A stretch of DNA of 64,000 nt from an uncultured Oscillospiraceae bacterium (GTDB taxonomy: Bacteria; Bacillota; Clostridia; Oscillospirales; UBA644). The position numbers and the translations under genes are program-made. The stretch covers positions 1,995 through 65,994 of the forward strand of contig CAYUWC010000002.1 in the NCBI GenBank assembly GCA_964448355.1, written 5' to 3'. Below the pieces are notes generated by a model, which was not told where the DNA came from, ran no database searches, and saw only the letters and a list, made by a program, of their open reading frames with translations. Shown here in pieces: positions 9,412-18,758 of the stretch (positions are counted from its first letter, which is position 1; each line of letters begins with the position of its first letter).

Positions 9412-10119
9412 GTGTTTGTATTGACAGATAACATCGGAATTGCGGCTGTTATAACGGCTGCGGGGGAGTCCGAGAGATTCGGTAAAGACAAAACGGAGCA
9501 GCTCATAGGCGGACATCCGTGTATAGTTCATACGCTTCTTGCGTTTGAACATTCAAAGCAGACCGTGCAGACGGTCGTTGTTACAAAAAAAGAAAAAAAA
9601 GATTACATTCTCGAACTGAAAAAGAAATACGGCTTGCGAAAGCTTACAAAAGTTGTCGAAGGCGGTCCGTGCAGGCAAATGTCGGCGGCGATCGGGTTTG
9701 CGCATACGGACCCGGAAATCCCGTTTGTTGCGGTCCACGACGGAGCACGTCCGCTCGTAACGCCGGAAGATATCGACCGTGTTGCCCTTGCGGCATATGA
9801 GCAGGGAGCAGCCATTGCGGCAACGCCGCAGACGAACACGGTAAAGCTTGTTTCGTCGGACGGAACGGTGATACGAACGATCGACAGGAAGCGCATATTG
9901 GCGGCTGCGACGCCGCAGATATTTTCGAGAAAGATATACGAAGATATCGTGCGTTCGTTTTCCGACCGTTTTTCCGAATTTACGGACGATTCCTCGATGG
10001 CGGAGGAGTTGGGCGTGATCGTTAAAACAGTCATTTGCGACGCATCCAACATAAAGATCACGACGCCGACGGATCTTTTGGTGGCGCAAACGCTTTTTGA
10101 TTCGACGAATATAAAATAA
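9412..10119 (+). CDS. ispD: 2-C-methyl-D-erythritol 4-phosphate cytidylyltransferase
   Basis: 235 aa. The N-terminal IAAVITAAGESERFG nucleotide-binding loop, VAVHDGARP and ATPQ are typical of IspD. The start codon is GTG. Confidence 0.85.
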   Translation: MFVLTDNIGIAAVITAAGESERFGKDKTEQLIGGHPCIVHTLLAFEHSKQTVQTVVVTKKEKKDYILELKKKYGLRKLTKVVEGGPCRQMSAAIGFAHTDPEIPFVAVHDGARPLVTPEDIDRVALAAYEQGAAIAATPQTNTVKLVSSDGTVIRTIDRKRILAAATPQIFSRKIYEDIVRSFSDRFSEFTDDSSMAEELGVIVKTVICDASNIKITTPTDLLVAQTLFDSTNIK

Positions 10120-10185
10120 AATTACGTGATCGGGGCAGAATATTCGGAAGAATACGGATATTTTTTCGACTGGAGGTAGCGACAT

Positions 10186-11010
10186 TTGACGTATACTGCG
10201 GCAACGTTGAACATAAAGCACGTGCGTTCGGAAAAAGCGAAAAACAGTTTTGCGAACAGGCTTTGTTCGGTCATTGATTTTTTTCAAAAAGTTTCTCCCG
10301 ACATTCTCGGAACACAGGAGCTGACGAAAAAGGCGATAGAGGCTTTAAAACAAACTCGTTATATAGCGGAAAAATACTGTTGTATCGGCGAACCTCGGAG
10401 CTTGAGCAAAAGAGGGGAATATACCGCGATATTTTTCAAAAAAGACCTTTTCGAGCTTAAGGAATCGGACACGTTCTGGTTATCCAAATTTCCGAAAAAG
10501 AAAGGCAGCAGATCGTGGCTCTCGTTGTTTCCGAGGATATGCACGTGGTGTGTGTTAAAACCGAAAAACGAAGAGAGAGCGATACGAGTGTACAACACTC
10601 ATCTCGACTGTTTCAGCCCGTTGGCGAGGACGAGAGGTATACATCTGATAAAGCGTCTTGCGGAAAAGCATGACAACGACGGTCTTTGCGGAACGATTAT
10701 AATGGGAGATTTCAACGCGGGTCCAAACTCGAAAGCCGTAAAAGCATTGACGGAGAACGGACAGACGGGGACCGTTGTTCGGGATTCGTTCAGTTTTCTT
10801 TACGGGCTTGACAACAGGAATTTGCGGACATATCACGCCTTTAAGGGCAAGATAGCGGGCGTTCCGATCGATTATATTTTTACAACAAAAGATATCGAGA
10901 TAATATCGGCACATATCGACAGAACGGAATATGCGGAAAAATATCCGTCGGATCATTTCCCGGTCGTTGCCGAAATAAAAATAACAGAAAACGGAGATGA
11001 ACAGGTTTGA
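10186..11010 (+). CDS. endonuclease/exonuclease/phosphatase (EEP) family protein
   Basis: 274 aa. ILGTQEL, VYNTHLD, MGDFNA and the C-terminal SDHFPVVAEI are the characteristic EEP catalytic motifs. Confidence 0.75.
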   Translation: MTYTAATLNIKHVRSEKAKNSFANRLCSVIDFFQKVSPDILGTQELTKKAIEALKQTRYIAEKYCCIGEPRSLSKRGEYTAIFFKKDLFELKESDTFWLSKFPKKKGSRSWLSLFPRICTWCVLKPKNEERAIRVYNTHLDCFSPLARTRGIHLIKRLAEKHDNDGLCGTIIMGDFNAGPNSKAVKALTENGQTGTVVRDSFSFLYGLDNRNLRTYHAFKGKIAGVPIDYIFTTKDIEIISAHIDRTEYAEKYPSDHFPVVAEIKITENGDEQV

Positions 11011-11501
11011 ACATAGATCAGGTCATCACTTTTGTCGAAGAATCGGGGCTTATAATGCTTGCGATCTTGTCATACATCGAATATTTGAACATACCCGGAT
11101 TTCCCGGCGGTATCGTTATACCTGCGGCGGGAATAATCGTAAAGCTTGGTTATGCGGGCTTTGTTCAAACGGCAGCGCTGCTTGTTTTTGCTTCGATGCT
11201 TTCGGAGCTTACGGTTTACGGTGTTTCGTACATTTTTTCGGGAAAGATCGAGAGCATTTGTTTAAATCACGAACGTTCCGCAAAAATATATCAAAAAGCC
11301 GTCGATATGATAAACAAACACGGCGCACTCGGTATTTTTTCGGCAAGACTTATACCCGTGATAAGAACGTTTATCTCCATTCCGGCGGGGCTTATGAAAA
11401 TGAAGCTTCGAGAATACATACCTGTTTCGCTTGCAGGCAACGCACTTTACGTAACGGCAAATATGGCGCTCGGCTATTTTTTTACATCGCTTTTTGTTTA
11501 A
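11007..11501 (+). CDS. DedA/SNARE-associated family membrane protein
   Basis: 164 aa and polytopic. LEYLNIPGFPGGIVIPAAG and SARLIPVIRTFISIPAGLMKM resemble the DedA family. It has a 4-nt overlap with the upstream gene. Confidence 0.7.
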   Translation: MNIDQVITFVEESGLIMLAILSYIEYLNIPGFPGGIVIPAAGIIVKLGYAGFVQTAALLVFASMLSELTVYGVSYIFSGKIESICLNHERSAKIYQKAVDMINKHGALGIFSARLIPVIRTFISIPAGLMKMKLREYIPVSLAGNALYVTANMALGYFFTSLFV

Positions 11502-11740
11502 CAACAATCCCCTGCGCCGTTGTTGTACATTTTGCACAAATGTCGGTTGAAAAATTATGTAAAATATCAAAAAAAACGCTTACCCCCTTTTCAAATCGCA
11601 AAATATGTGTTATAATGTAGAATGTAAAGGTTTAACACAACAGTCCGGCGCAATACACGCCGTAAACAATGCCATCACAGCAAAAAATAACAACGGCAAA
11701 CAAGATCAAAACGGTCATGGTTCAAAAATCAAAATCGATT

Positions 11741-12055
11741 CACAGTTATCGGTCACGATTTAAAAATCGTTTTCAATTTTTAGTTGTCGGATTTAGATTT
11801 TTAGTAATCGATCTGGATTTTTAGGATTTTGATTTTAAAAATTGATTTTCGGTTATCTGATCACGATTTTCAGTTGTCGGATCTAGATAAAAAACGATTA
11901 AAAAACCGGATACGGTTTTTAGCGGTCAGGCTGCGATTTTAAAAATTGATTTTCGGTTATCTGATCACGATTTTCAGTTGTCGGATCTAGATAAAAAAAC
12001 GATTAAAAAACCGGATACGGTTTTTAGCGGTCAGGCTGTGATTTTAAAATTCGAT
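11741..12055. repeat. intergenic tandem repeat, ~104-105-bp unit, two near-identical copies plus degenerate flanking copies
   Basis: The unit beginning gattttaaaaattgattttcggttatctgatcacgattttcagttgtcggatctagat at 11831 recurs at 11935, differing by one extra A. A third copy starts at ~12039, and 11741-11830 is a degenerate version. Confidence 0.85.
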
Positions 12056-12086
12056 TATTATTTTCCCAAGAAAGACGGTCATAAAA

Positions 12087-12944
12087 ATGAGAGACAATAA
12101 GCCCAAAGGCAAAACCACGGGACGTAATCCCGCATATAAAAAGGGCGCGCACGCAAAGACGCAAAAGCCCGACAGACGTAAAAACGCAAACAAAGACGAG
12201 GCCGATGACAGCACAAATATCGTATTCGGCAGAAATTCCGTAATGGAAGTTTTGCGTTCGGGAAGAACGGTAGACAAGCTTTTTGTTGTAAAGGGAGACA
12301 GAGAGGGCTCAATAGTTCGTGTTATAGCGCTCGCAAAAGAGAACGGTGTCCCCGTTATCGAAGCGGAGAAGGCAAAGCTTGACAGTATGACGCAATCGTC
12401 GTCGCACCAAGGAGTTGTTGCGATAACGACTGAGTTTTCATATTGCGAACCCGAAGATATTTTGACATACGCCGAAGAGAAAGGCGAAAAGCCGTTTGTT
12501 ATCGTTATTGACGGAATAAACGATCCGAGAAATCTCGGTGCGATAATCCGGACCGCAAACGCCGCAGGCGTGCACGGCATAATTCTTCCGAAGCGCGGTG
12601 CATGCGGTTTAACATCGACGGTCTACAAGACCGCTGCGGGTGCGTGCGAGTATATGAAGATCGCGCGTGTTGTTAACATATCGGCAACGATAGAGTTTCT
12701 GAAAGAAAAAGGCGTTTGGATATACGGTACCGACGGTGCTGCGGAAAACGACATATACAAAACAGATCTTCGCGGCTCCTGTGCGCTCGTTCTGGGCGAC
12801 GAGGGAACGGGGCTTTCGAGGCTTGTTAAAGAAAGATGCGATCATCTTATAAAGATCCCGATGGCGGGACAGATCACATCGCTCAACATTTCCGTTGCGG
12901 CAGGTGTTGCAATGTACGAAAAAATAAGGCAAGACAGAGCATAG
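12087..12944 (+). CDS. rlmB: 23S rRNA (guanosine-2'-O-)-methyltransferase, TrmH/SpoU family (RlmB-like)
   Basis: 285 aa. A basic N-terminal tail precedes a substrate-binding domain (VFGRNSVMEVL) and the SpoU methylase motifs DGINDPRNLGAIIRTA, LGDEGTGLS and SLNISVAAGVAMYE. Confidence 0.85.
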   Translation: MRDNKPKGKTTGRNPAYKKGAHAKTQKPDRRKNANKDEADDSTNIVFGRNSVMEVLRSGRTVDKLFVVKGDREGSIVRVIALAKENGVPVIEAEKAKLDSMTQSSSHQGVVAITTEFSYCEPEDILTYAEEKGEKPFVIVIDGINDPRNLGAIIRTANAAGVHGIILPKRGACGLTSTVYKTAAGACEYMKIARVVNISATIEFLKEKGVWIYGTDGAAENDIYKTDLRGSCALVLGDEGTGLSRLVKERCDHLIKIPMAGQITSLNISVAAGVAMYEKIRQDRA

Positions 12945-13018
12945 CGACGATTTGCACGTTTTTTACAATACAGTACAATACTGAATCATTCATAAGATAA
13001 ACAGATCGGGGTATTTTT

Positions 13019-14656
13019 TTGAGAGACAATTATTTCCGCGAACAGTTCAACGTCGCACAGGCATCGAAGGACGCGTTCGGAGTAAAAACTCTCGTTGCGG
13101 GATTTGCAGCCGTTTTGACTGCGATCCTTGCTGCGATAGGGCTTCCGCCTATCGTTAACGGATTGGCGGGGCTTGTTCTTGCGATAACGGTGTTTGTTTT
13201 TTGTCTGCAGGAAATGGCAGACGGATTTGTTTCCATATTTATGTTAAGGCCGTCGAACGATTCGCTCACGGCGGCAGCACTTGTTGTAACGGCAATACAG
13301 TCGATCGTGCTGATATTCACGCCGAAAGACGCCGTTGTTCACACATTCGCACCGGCGGTGTTTGTTTCGGTTGCGATATCCATGGCGATGAAGTATTTCT
13401 TTATCTGCGAGATAATAAACAATCTTAATTTTATAAAAGACCATAAAACATACGTCGTCAACACGGGCGATATTGATATGTACAAACGAGCAATCGACAA
13501 AGTATGCATCGTTAACCCTGTTGTTAAATTCCCGAACGTTGTGGATACGACTTACGACGGCGACCCGTCGGAGGAAAAGATACGGCTGTTTGTACCGATC
13601 GCGAGCGGTGCGATACTGCTTGTGTCGGCGGTGATCGGGTTTATTTCGGGATTCGGCGCGTTTACGTCCGCAATGGCGGCGATGTTTGCCATAGCGGCGT
13701 CGTTCACGGCGGAGATGGCGTTCGTGCTGCCGTACATTACGGAGCAGAGGCGTTTGCGTAAGCTCGGCAGCGTATTGTTGGGCTATCATTCGATAGAGGC
13801 GATGAGAGATGTTGCGACGCTTGTTGTTTGTGACAAAGACCTGTTTCCCGCAAAGAGAACAAAGATGGAAAGATTCCGTTTTCGCAATGCGGAAAAGATG
13901 GCGGACGCCGTGGAATTTACGGCGGCGATATTATTGCAGTCCGAGTCTCCGTTTGCGAGAACATTTGTTGCGGAAACGGGCTGTGATGAAACGAGACTTC
14001 CGGCAGTGGACGATTGGCGTTACATGAAAAATTACGGCATTGCGGGTCATATTTACGGCGACGAAGTGATAGTGGGCAACAGGAATATGTTGCTGTCGTA
14101 CGAAATAATACCGTTGCCGCAGGAGACGGAAGCGGCTTTGACTTCAACAAACAAGAGCATACTTTACACTGCGATAAACGGTGTGCTTGTGGCATACACG
14201 GTATTCAGTTACGCAAGCGATCCGGAAATGAAGCGTGCGGCGGAAACGGTCGGCGAAGATTTTTCGATAATCGCAACGACAAACGACTGTAACATAACCG
14301 AGATCGCGGTGCAGAAGCTTTACGGATTAAACAGCACGAAGATAGTCGTACCCGACGCCGACGAGAAAAAGCTGATAGCCGCAGTACGTGAAAATATCGA
14401 AGAGACGGACGCTCTGCCCGATATGATAACGACAAAAAATGCGATCGGCATCCTGTCCTCGGTACGAAAAGCGAAAAAGCTTGCGACGGTGGTCAACATG
14501 AGCGTTCTGATAAAGATCGCGTCGATAATTTTCGGGCTTTTGTTAACAGCTGTGGCGTTTTTCATCGATCCGACGGCACCGTCCCCCGTTTGGACCGTTA
14601 TTTTCAACTCTTTATGGACTATGCCGATATTGTTCCTTTCGGCAGTGAGAAAATAA
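13019..14656 (+). CDS. P-type-ATPase-like polytopic membrane protein with degenerate catalytic motifs
   Basis: 545 aa. It has N-terminal TM helices, then LGSVLLGYHSIEAMRDVATLVVCDKDLFP, which I align with G(I/V)LIKGG..LE....V.T.VFDKTGTLT. IVGNRNML, ILYTAINGVLVAYTVFSYASDP and IIATTNDCNITEIAVQKLYG (cf. TGDN) follow, then two C-terminal TM helices. The start codon is TTG and is uncertain. Confidence 0.5.
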   Translation: MRDNYFREQFNVAQASKDAFGVKTLVAGFAAVLTAILAAIGLPPIVNGLAGLVLAITVFVFCLQEMADGFVSIFMLRPSNDSLTAAALVVTAIQSIVLIFTPKDAVVHTFAPAVFVSVAISMAMKYFFICEIINNLNFIKDHKTYVVNTGDIDMYKRAIDKVCIVNPVVKFPNVVDTTYDGDPSEEKIRLFVPIASGAILLVSAVIGFISGFGAFTSAMAAMFAIAASFTAEMAFVLPYITEQRRLRKLGSVLLGYHSIEAMRDVATLVVCDKDLFPAKRTKMERFRFRNAEKMADAVEFTAAILLQSESPFARTFVAETGCDETRLPAVDDWRYMKNYGIAGHIYGDEVIVGNRNMLLSYEIIPLPQETEAALTSTNKSILYTAINGVLVAYTVFSYASDPEMKRAAETVGEDFSIIATTNDCNITEIAVQKLYGLNSTKIVVPDADEKKLIAAVRENIEETDALPDMITTKNAIGILSSVRKAKKLATVVNMSVLIKIASIIFGLLLTAVAFFIDPTAPSPVWTVIFNSLWTMPILFLSAVRK

Positions 14657-14710
14657 TTAGCAATTTGCAATTAGAAATTATTAAATTAACAGTATATTTT
14701 GGAGGTTTTT

Positions 14711-15436
14711 ATGTCCGGTCATTCCAAGTGGAAAAACATTATGCACAAAAAAGAGAAGACAGACAAGCAAAGGGCGAGTGTCTTCACAAAGATAGGCAGA
14801 GAGATAGTTCTTGCTGTTAAAAGCGGCGGTCCGGATCCCGAATCCAATGCGAGACTCAAAGACATTATTCTTAAAGCGAAAGCCAACAACGTACCCAACG
14901 ACAATATCGAAAGATGCATCAAAAAAGCGTCCGGCGAGGGTGAAAACGTTAACTACGAAGAGATAACCTACGAGGGTTACGGACCTGCCGGGATCGCCGT
15001 TATTGTTGAAGCGGTAACGGAAAACAGAAACAGAACGGCAGCGGACGTGCGTCATTATTTTGACAAGTTCGGCGGAAATCTCGGTCAGACGGGTTCCGTA
15101 AACTGGCAGTTCACAAAAAAGGGCGTTATAGTAATAGACAAAGAAGAATATCCCGAAGACAAGCTCATGGACGACCTGCTTGAAGTTGACGCGGAAGATT
15201 ACGTTGTGGAAGAAGAAGTTTACGAGATATACACCGCGCCCGACAATCTCAGTGCAGTCTGCGAGGAGTTGGAAAAGAAAGGTTATACGTTCCTTTCCGC
15301 AGAATCCGAGCAAGTTCCCTCGACATACATATCGCTTACGGACGAGGAGCAGATAAAGAATATGCAAAAGCTTCTTGACCATCTCGAAGAAAACGACGAT
15401 GTTCAAAACGTTTGGCATAACTGGGACGAGCAATAA
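14711..15436 (+). CDS. yebC: YebC/PmpR-family DNA-binding regulatory protein
   Basis: MSGHSKWKNIMHKKEKTDKQRA is the hallmark N-terminus. The track ORF starts 12 nt earlier. Confidence 0.9.
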   Translation: MSGHSKWKNIMHKKEKTDKQRASVFTKIGREIVLAVKSGGPDPESNARLKDIILKAKANNVPNDNIERCIKKASGEGENVNYEEITYEGYGPAGIAVIVEAVTENRNRTAADVRHYFDKFGGNLGQTGSVNWQFTKKGVIVIDKEEYPEDKLMDDLLEVDAEDYVVEEEVYEIYTAPDNLSAVCEELEKKGYTFLSAESEQVPSTYISLTDEEQIKNMQKLLDHLEENDDVQNVWHNWDEQ

Positions 15437-15438
15437 AG

Positions 15439-15801
15439 ATGAAAAACAAAGACGACATTTCGGAAAACGGCTTTTGCGCTATACTCAAACGTGAGCGTTT
15501 AAAAAGAGATCTCAGTCTTCGTGCCGCAGGTGCGAAGATAGGGATCAGTCATTCGTATCTTTCATCGCTTGAAAACGGTGAAGATCCGAGGACGAAGCTG
15601 CCGATCGTTCCGTCAAAGGATGTTTTAACAAAAATATGCGTCGCATACGATCTTGACCCCAGAGATGCGGCGGTCGTTCTCAATTTCGGCAGTGAAGAAG
15701 ATTTTTATCTTTACATGGCAAGGCGCATCCACAGTCTCAAAGACAGCGATCCGTCGAAATACAGGTCAATGCTCAATATAGTATTGGGGAATCCGAAATA
15801 A
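15439..15801 (+). CDS. XRE-family helix-turn-helix protein
   Basis: 120 aa. LSLRAAGAKIGISHSYLSSLENG is a Cro/C1-type HTH. Confidence 0.7.
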   Translation: MKNKDDISENGFCAILKRERLKRDLSLRAAGAKIGISHSYLSSLENGEDPRTKLPIVPSKDVLTKICVAYDLDPRDAAVVLNFGSEEDFYLYMARRIHSLKDSDPSKYRSMLNIVLGNPK

Positions 15802-16416
15802 ATGAGTGCCGACAAAACGACAGCGAACGCCGCGTATGCGGATGTTATACTCGCTTCCGCATCACCGAGGCGCAGGGAGCTTTTGGCGCAGATAGGCGTA
15901 AAATTCCGGATATGTGTTTCGGACGCGGACGAAGCTTGCGATATATCGGACCCGGAGCTGCTTGTAAAGCATTTATCGGCCAAAAAAGCGAGCTTCGTGT
16001 TTAACAAAAATCCGAATGCGATCGTTATTGCCGCAGACACGGTAGTTTACCTTGAAGGCGAGGGTATTATGGGCAAGCCCGAAAACGACGAAGATGCGTA
16101 CCGCATGATATCGAAGCTTTCGGGGCGAGTAAACGAAGTGTACACGGGTGTTACCGTTGCAGACAGGACGGGAGCGGAGACGTTCGCCGTTAAAACAAAC
16201 GTATATTTCAAGGCTTTGACGGAAGCCGAGATACGAGAGTATGTTGCGTCCGGCGAATGTTCGGACAAAGCGGGCGCATATGCGATACAGGGCAGAGCAT
16301 GTGTGTTTATAGACAGGATAGAGGGAGACTATTTTAACGTAGTGGGGCTCCCGCTTTCGCCGTTATACGATATTTTAAAAAGAAAGGGGATACGCTTTTG
16401 GGAATATTTGACATAG
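15802..16416 (+). CDS. maf: Maf-like nucleoside triphosphate pyrophosphatase (septum formation protein Maf)
   Basis: VILASASPRRRELLAQIGV, ADTVV and AGAYAIQG are present. It sits immediately upstream of mreB, as in Bacillus and Clostridium. Confidence 0.9.
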   Translation: MSADKTTANAAYADVILASASPRRRELLAQIGVKFRICVSDADEACDISDPELLVKHLSAKKASFVFNKNPNAIVIAADTVVYLEGEGIMGKPENDEDAYRMISKLSGRVNEVYTGVTVADRTGAETFAVKTNVYFKALTEAEIREYVASGECSDKAGAYAIQGRACVFIDRIEGDYFNVVGLPLSPLYDILKRKGIRFWEYLT

Positions 16417-17396
16417 GAATAGATCTCGGCACGAGCAACACTCGATTTTACAGCAAATCGAGAGGCATATTGCTCAACGAGCCGTCTGTTGTGGCGATGG
16501 AAAGTTTTTCGAACAGGCTTATGGCTGTCGGCGAAGATGCGCGTCAAATGCTCGGAAGAACTCCCGACACCGTAACGGCTGTACGTCCCCTCGAAGACGG
16601 TGTTATAGCAAATTTTGACAGAACAACGGCGATGCTCAGCTCTTTTGTGGGCAGGATAAAAAGACCGTTCACGCCGATAAGGGCTGTTGTTACGGTACCG
16701 TACACATCGACTGCTGTCGAACGCAGGGCGGTGGAAGACGCAGTGCTGTCGGCGCGTGTTAAAAGAGTACATCTTATCGACGATCCGTTGGCGGCGGCGA
16801 TAGGTTTGAATTTGCCGATATTCGAGCCGAGCGGACATATGATAGTGGATATCGGCGGAGGCACGACGGAGGTCTCGGTCGTATCATTGGGCGGCATAGT
16901 TGCGGAAACGACCTGCAATTACAGCGGCATACAGATGGACAAGGATATTGTTGCGTACGTAAGAAAAACGTATAATATCCTCATAGGCGACCAGATCGCC
17001 GAAGAGATAAAGATAAAACTCGGTGCTGCGATCGAAAGAGAGACCGTAGATTTTATGACAGTCAGCGGACGTGATCTGATCGACGGGCTGCCGTTAAATC
17101 TGACGATCTCGTCCGATGAAGTTTACATTGCGATAAAAGAATCTCTTTTCGGCATTGTCGATGCGATAAAAGCGACGCTTGAGCGTGTTGACCCGGAGCT
17201 TGCGGCGGACATTATCCAAAACGGGATAATCGTTATAGGCGGCGGTTCGCAAATGCCGGGCTGGGCGGATTTTATTTATAAAGAAACAGGTGTTTTGACC
17301 GAGATTGCGGTCAACGCTCTCGACTGTGTTGCGATCGGTGCGGGCAGGGCAGCCGGAATGCTTGACAAGCTCAAACAGGCATCGACGATAGATTGA
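16398..17396 (+). CDS. mreB: rod shape-determining protein MreB
   Basis: 332 aa. Actin-fold motifs GIDLGTSNT and VDIGGGTTEVSV are present, and the gene lies in the maf-mreBCD context. Confidence 0.95.
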   Translation: MGIFDIGIDLGTSNTRFYSKSRGILLNEPSVVAMESFSNRLMAVGEDARQMLGRTPDTVTAVRPLEDGVIANFDRTTAMLSSFVGRIKRPFTPIRAVVTVPYTSTAVERRAVEDAVLSARVKRVHLIDDPLAAAIGLNLPIFEPSGHMIVDIGGGTTEVSVVSLGGIVAETTCNYSGIQMDKDIVAYVRKTYNILIGDQIAEEIKIKLGAAIERETVDFMTVSGRDLIDGLPLNLTISSDEVYIAIKESLFGIVDAIKATLERVDPELAADIIQNGIIVIGGGSQMPGWADFIYKETGVLTEIAVNALDCVAIGAGRAAGMLDKLKQASTID

Positions 17397-17415
17397 ACGT
17401 AAAAGAGGAGACGAT

Positions 17416-18252
17416 ATGCGAGATTTTTTCCGCGGAAAATTTTTTATCACGCTCGTTTTTATCGCAGCTTTTCTTGCCGGATTTATGCTTAATATGCTTT
17501 TCGACGGCGGTGTAACGGCGCCGAGAGATCTTATCGGAACGATCGCAACGCCGTTTACGACCCTCGGCACGTGGATAAAAAACGGTGTGACCGATTTTTT
17601 TGAAACGTTCACGGAGTATTCGGATCTGAAAAGCGAAAACGAGCAGCTGCGCCAACGCATAACCGAGCTTGAAAGCTTGTTGTCGGACACGTATTCCGAC
17701 AGTGTTGAAATAGAAAGATTAAAAAGTCTTGCAAACGTGATCGAAACGTCTCCGGACCTGCAATTTGTCGCGTGTGACGTCGTTTCCGTGGCGTCGGACG
17801 GTTTCGGCTCGACGTTTTCCGTTAACAAAGGCACGGCAGACGGTATAAAGCTCAATTCGGTGGTGGTGTCTGCGGACGGGCTTGTCGGAAAAGTAACGGC
17901 TGTCGGCATCAACTGGGCGACGGTCACGGCGTTGACGGACCCGTCGATGTCCGTGGGTGCCATGATCAAAAGAAGCGAAGAGGTCGGCGTTACGAAGGGT
18001 GACATTTCGCTGCGAGCAAAGGGGCTTTGCAAGTTATCGTATTTAACATCCGACGCATCCGTAATACGCGGCGATCTTGTATACACATCGGGCTTGGGCG
18101 GAGTATATCCGTCGGGCATATTTATAGGGACTGTTGTTGAAGTTAAAACAGAAGACAACGGGCTTGCGCAGACGGCGACGATCGAGCCTGCGGCAAAGAT
18201 CGAGGATCTGCGCAGGGTGTATATAACGAACGGAGCATGGGAGGGCAAATGA
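17416..18252 (+). CDS. mreC: rod shape-determining protein MreC
   Basis: 278 aa with an N-terminal TM and a coiled-coil segment (ENEQLRQRITELE). The C-terminal beta domain contains GLVGKVT and SGLGGVYPSGIFIGTV. It lies between mreB and mreD. Confidence 0.9.
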   Translation: MRDFFRGKFFITLVFIAAFLAGFMLNMLFDGGVTAPRDLIGTIATPFTTLGTWIKNGVTDFFETFTEYSDLKSENEQLRQRITELESLLSDTYSDSVEIERLKSLANVIETSPDLQFVACDVVSVASDGFGSTFSVNKGTADGIKLNSVVVSADGLVGKVTAVGINWATVTALTDPSMSVGAMIKRSEEVGVTKGDISLRAKGLCKLSYLTSDASVIRGDLVYTSGLGGVYPSGIFIGTVVEVKTEDNGLAQTATIEPAAKIEDLRRVYITNGAWEGK

Positions 18253-18758
18253 AAAGAAAAATAATTTTCTATTCTCTCGTTTTTATCCTGTTCTGTTTTA
18301 TCGACACCGTGTTTGTTCCCGTAAAGATATACGGCGTCGGTCCGTGTTTTCTTCTTGCGGCGACGGTATGCATATCGATGGTGGAAAAAGAACGTTTCGG
18401 GACGATATACGGTCTTATTTTCGGGCTGTTTCTCGATTTTTCGACGGCTTCGGTGTTCGGTGTTAACGCATTGATATTTATGGCGGTGGGATTTTTGACC
18501 GGTATAATTTCACGGCAAAAGATATCGGTTTCGGTTTTCGGCGCGTTTTTTCTTACGACAGTGTCGGCTGTCGCCACCGAGTTTTTGAAGTGCTGCTGTT
18601 ATTCTTTCTTTTTGACCGAACCGATAACGGACACGCTTTTATACATTATGCTGCCGGGAGTGCTGTTAACGTTGCCGACGGTGTTTATAACATATCCTGT
18701 GATCAGGCTCATAAACAAACTAACGACGCGATATGAGGAAAGGAGCGGTACATGGTAG
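18249..18758 (+). CDS. mreD: rod shape-determining protein MreD
   Basis: Small five-TM protein directly after mreC, with an ATGA overlap at 18249-18252. Confidence 0.7.
   Translation: MKRKIIFYSLVFILFCFIDTVFVPVKIYGVGPCFLLAATVCISMVEKERFGTIYGLIFGLFLDFSTASVFGVNALIFMAVGFLTGIISRQKISVSVFGAFFLTTVSAVATEFLKCCCYSFFLTEPITDTLLYIMLPGVLLTLPTVFITYPVIRLINKLTTRYEERSGTW

Noticed and set aside
9199-9552. N-terminal 118-codon extension of the ymdB ORF given by the track.
   Set aside because: The family starts at MRVLFIGDIVG (ATG at 9198). The extension overlaps the divergent ispD gene and its promoter region and has odd composition.
11692-11830. Small ORF (about 33 codons, ATG near 11727, MVQKSKSIHSYRSRF...) inside the repeat-rich dedA-rlmB spacer.
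   Set aside because: It has no RBS, its composition is dictated by the repeat, and it is below any reasonable coding evidence.
11741-12055. Possible CRISPR array.
   Set aside because: The repeat units are ~104 bp and directly abut each other without unique spacers. There are no cas genes in the window.
17094-18248. Long antisense ORF (384 aa) opposite mreB/mreC. Similar long ORFs lie opposite real genes: 3438-4388(+), 56500-57717(+), 25605-26408(-), 9553-10287(-), 62556-63332(+), 24031-24720(-) and 12044-12580(-).
   Set aside because: Each lies entirely inside, and antisense to or out of frame with, a gene with unmistakable conserved motifs. Their translations are low-complexity (Ser/Arg/Pro-rich) with no recognisable motifs or RBS. 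They are typical shadow ORFs.
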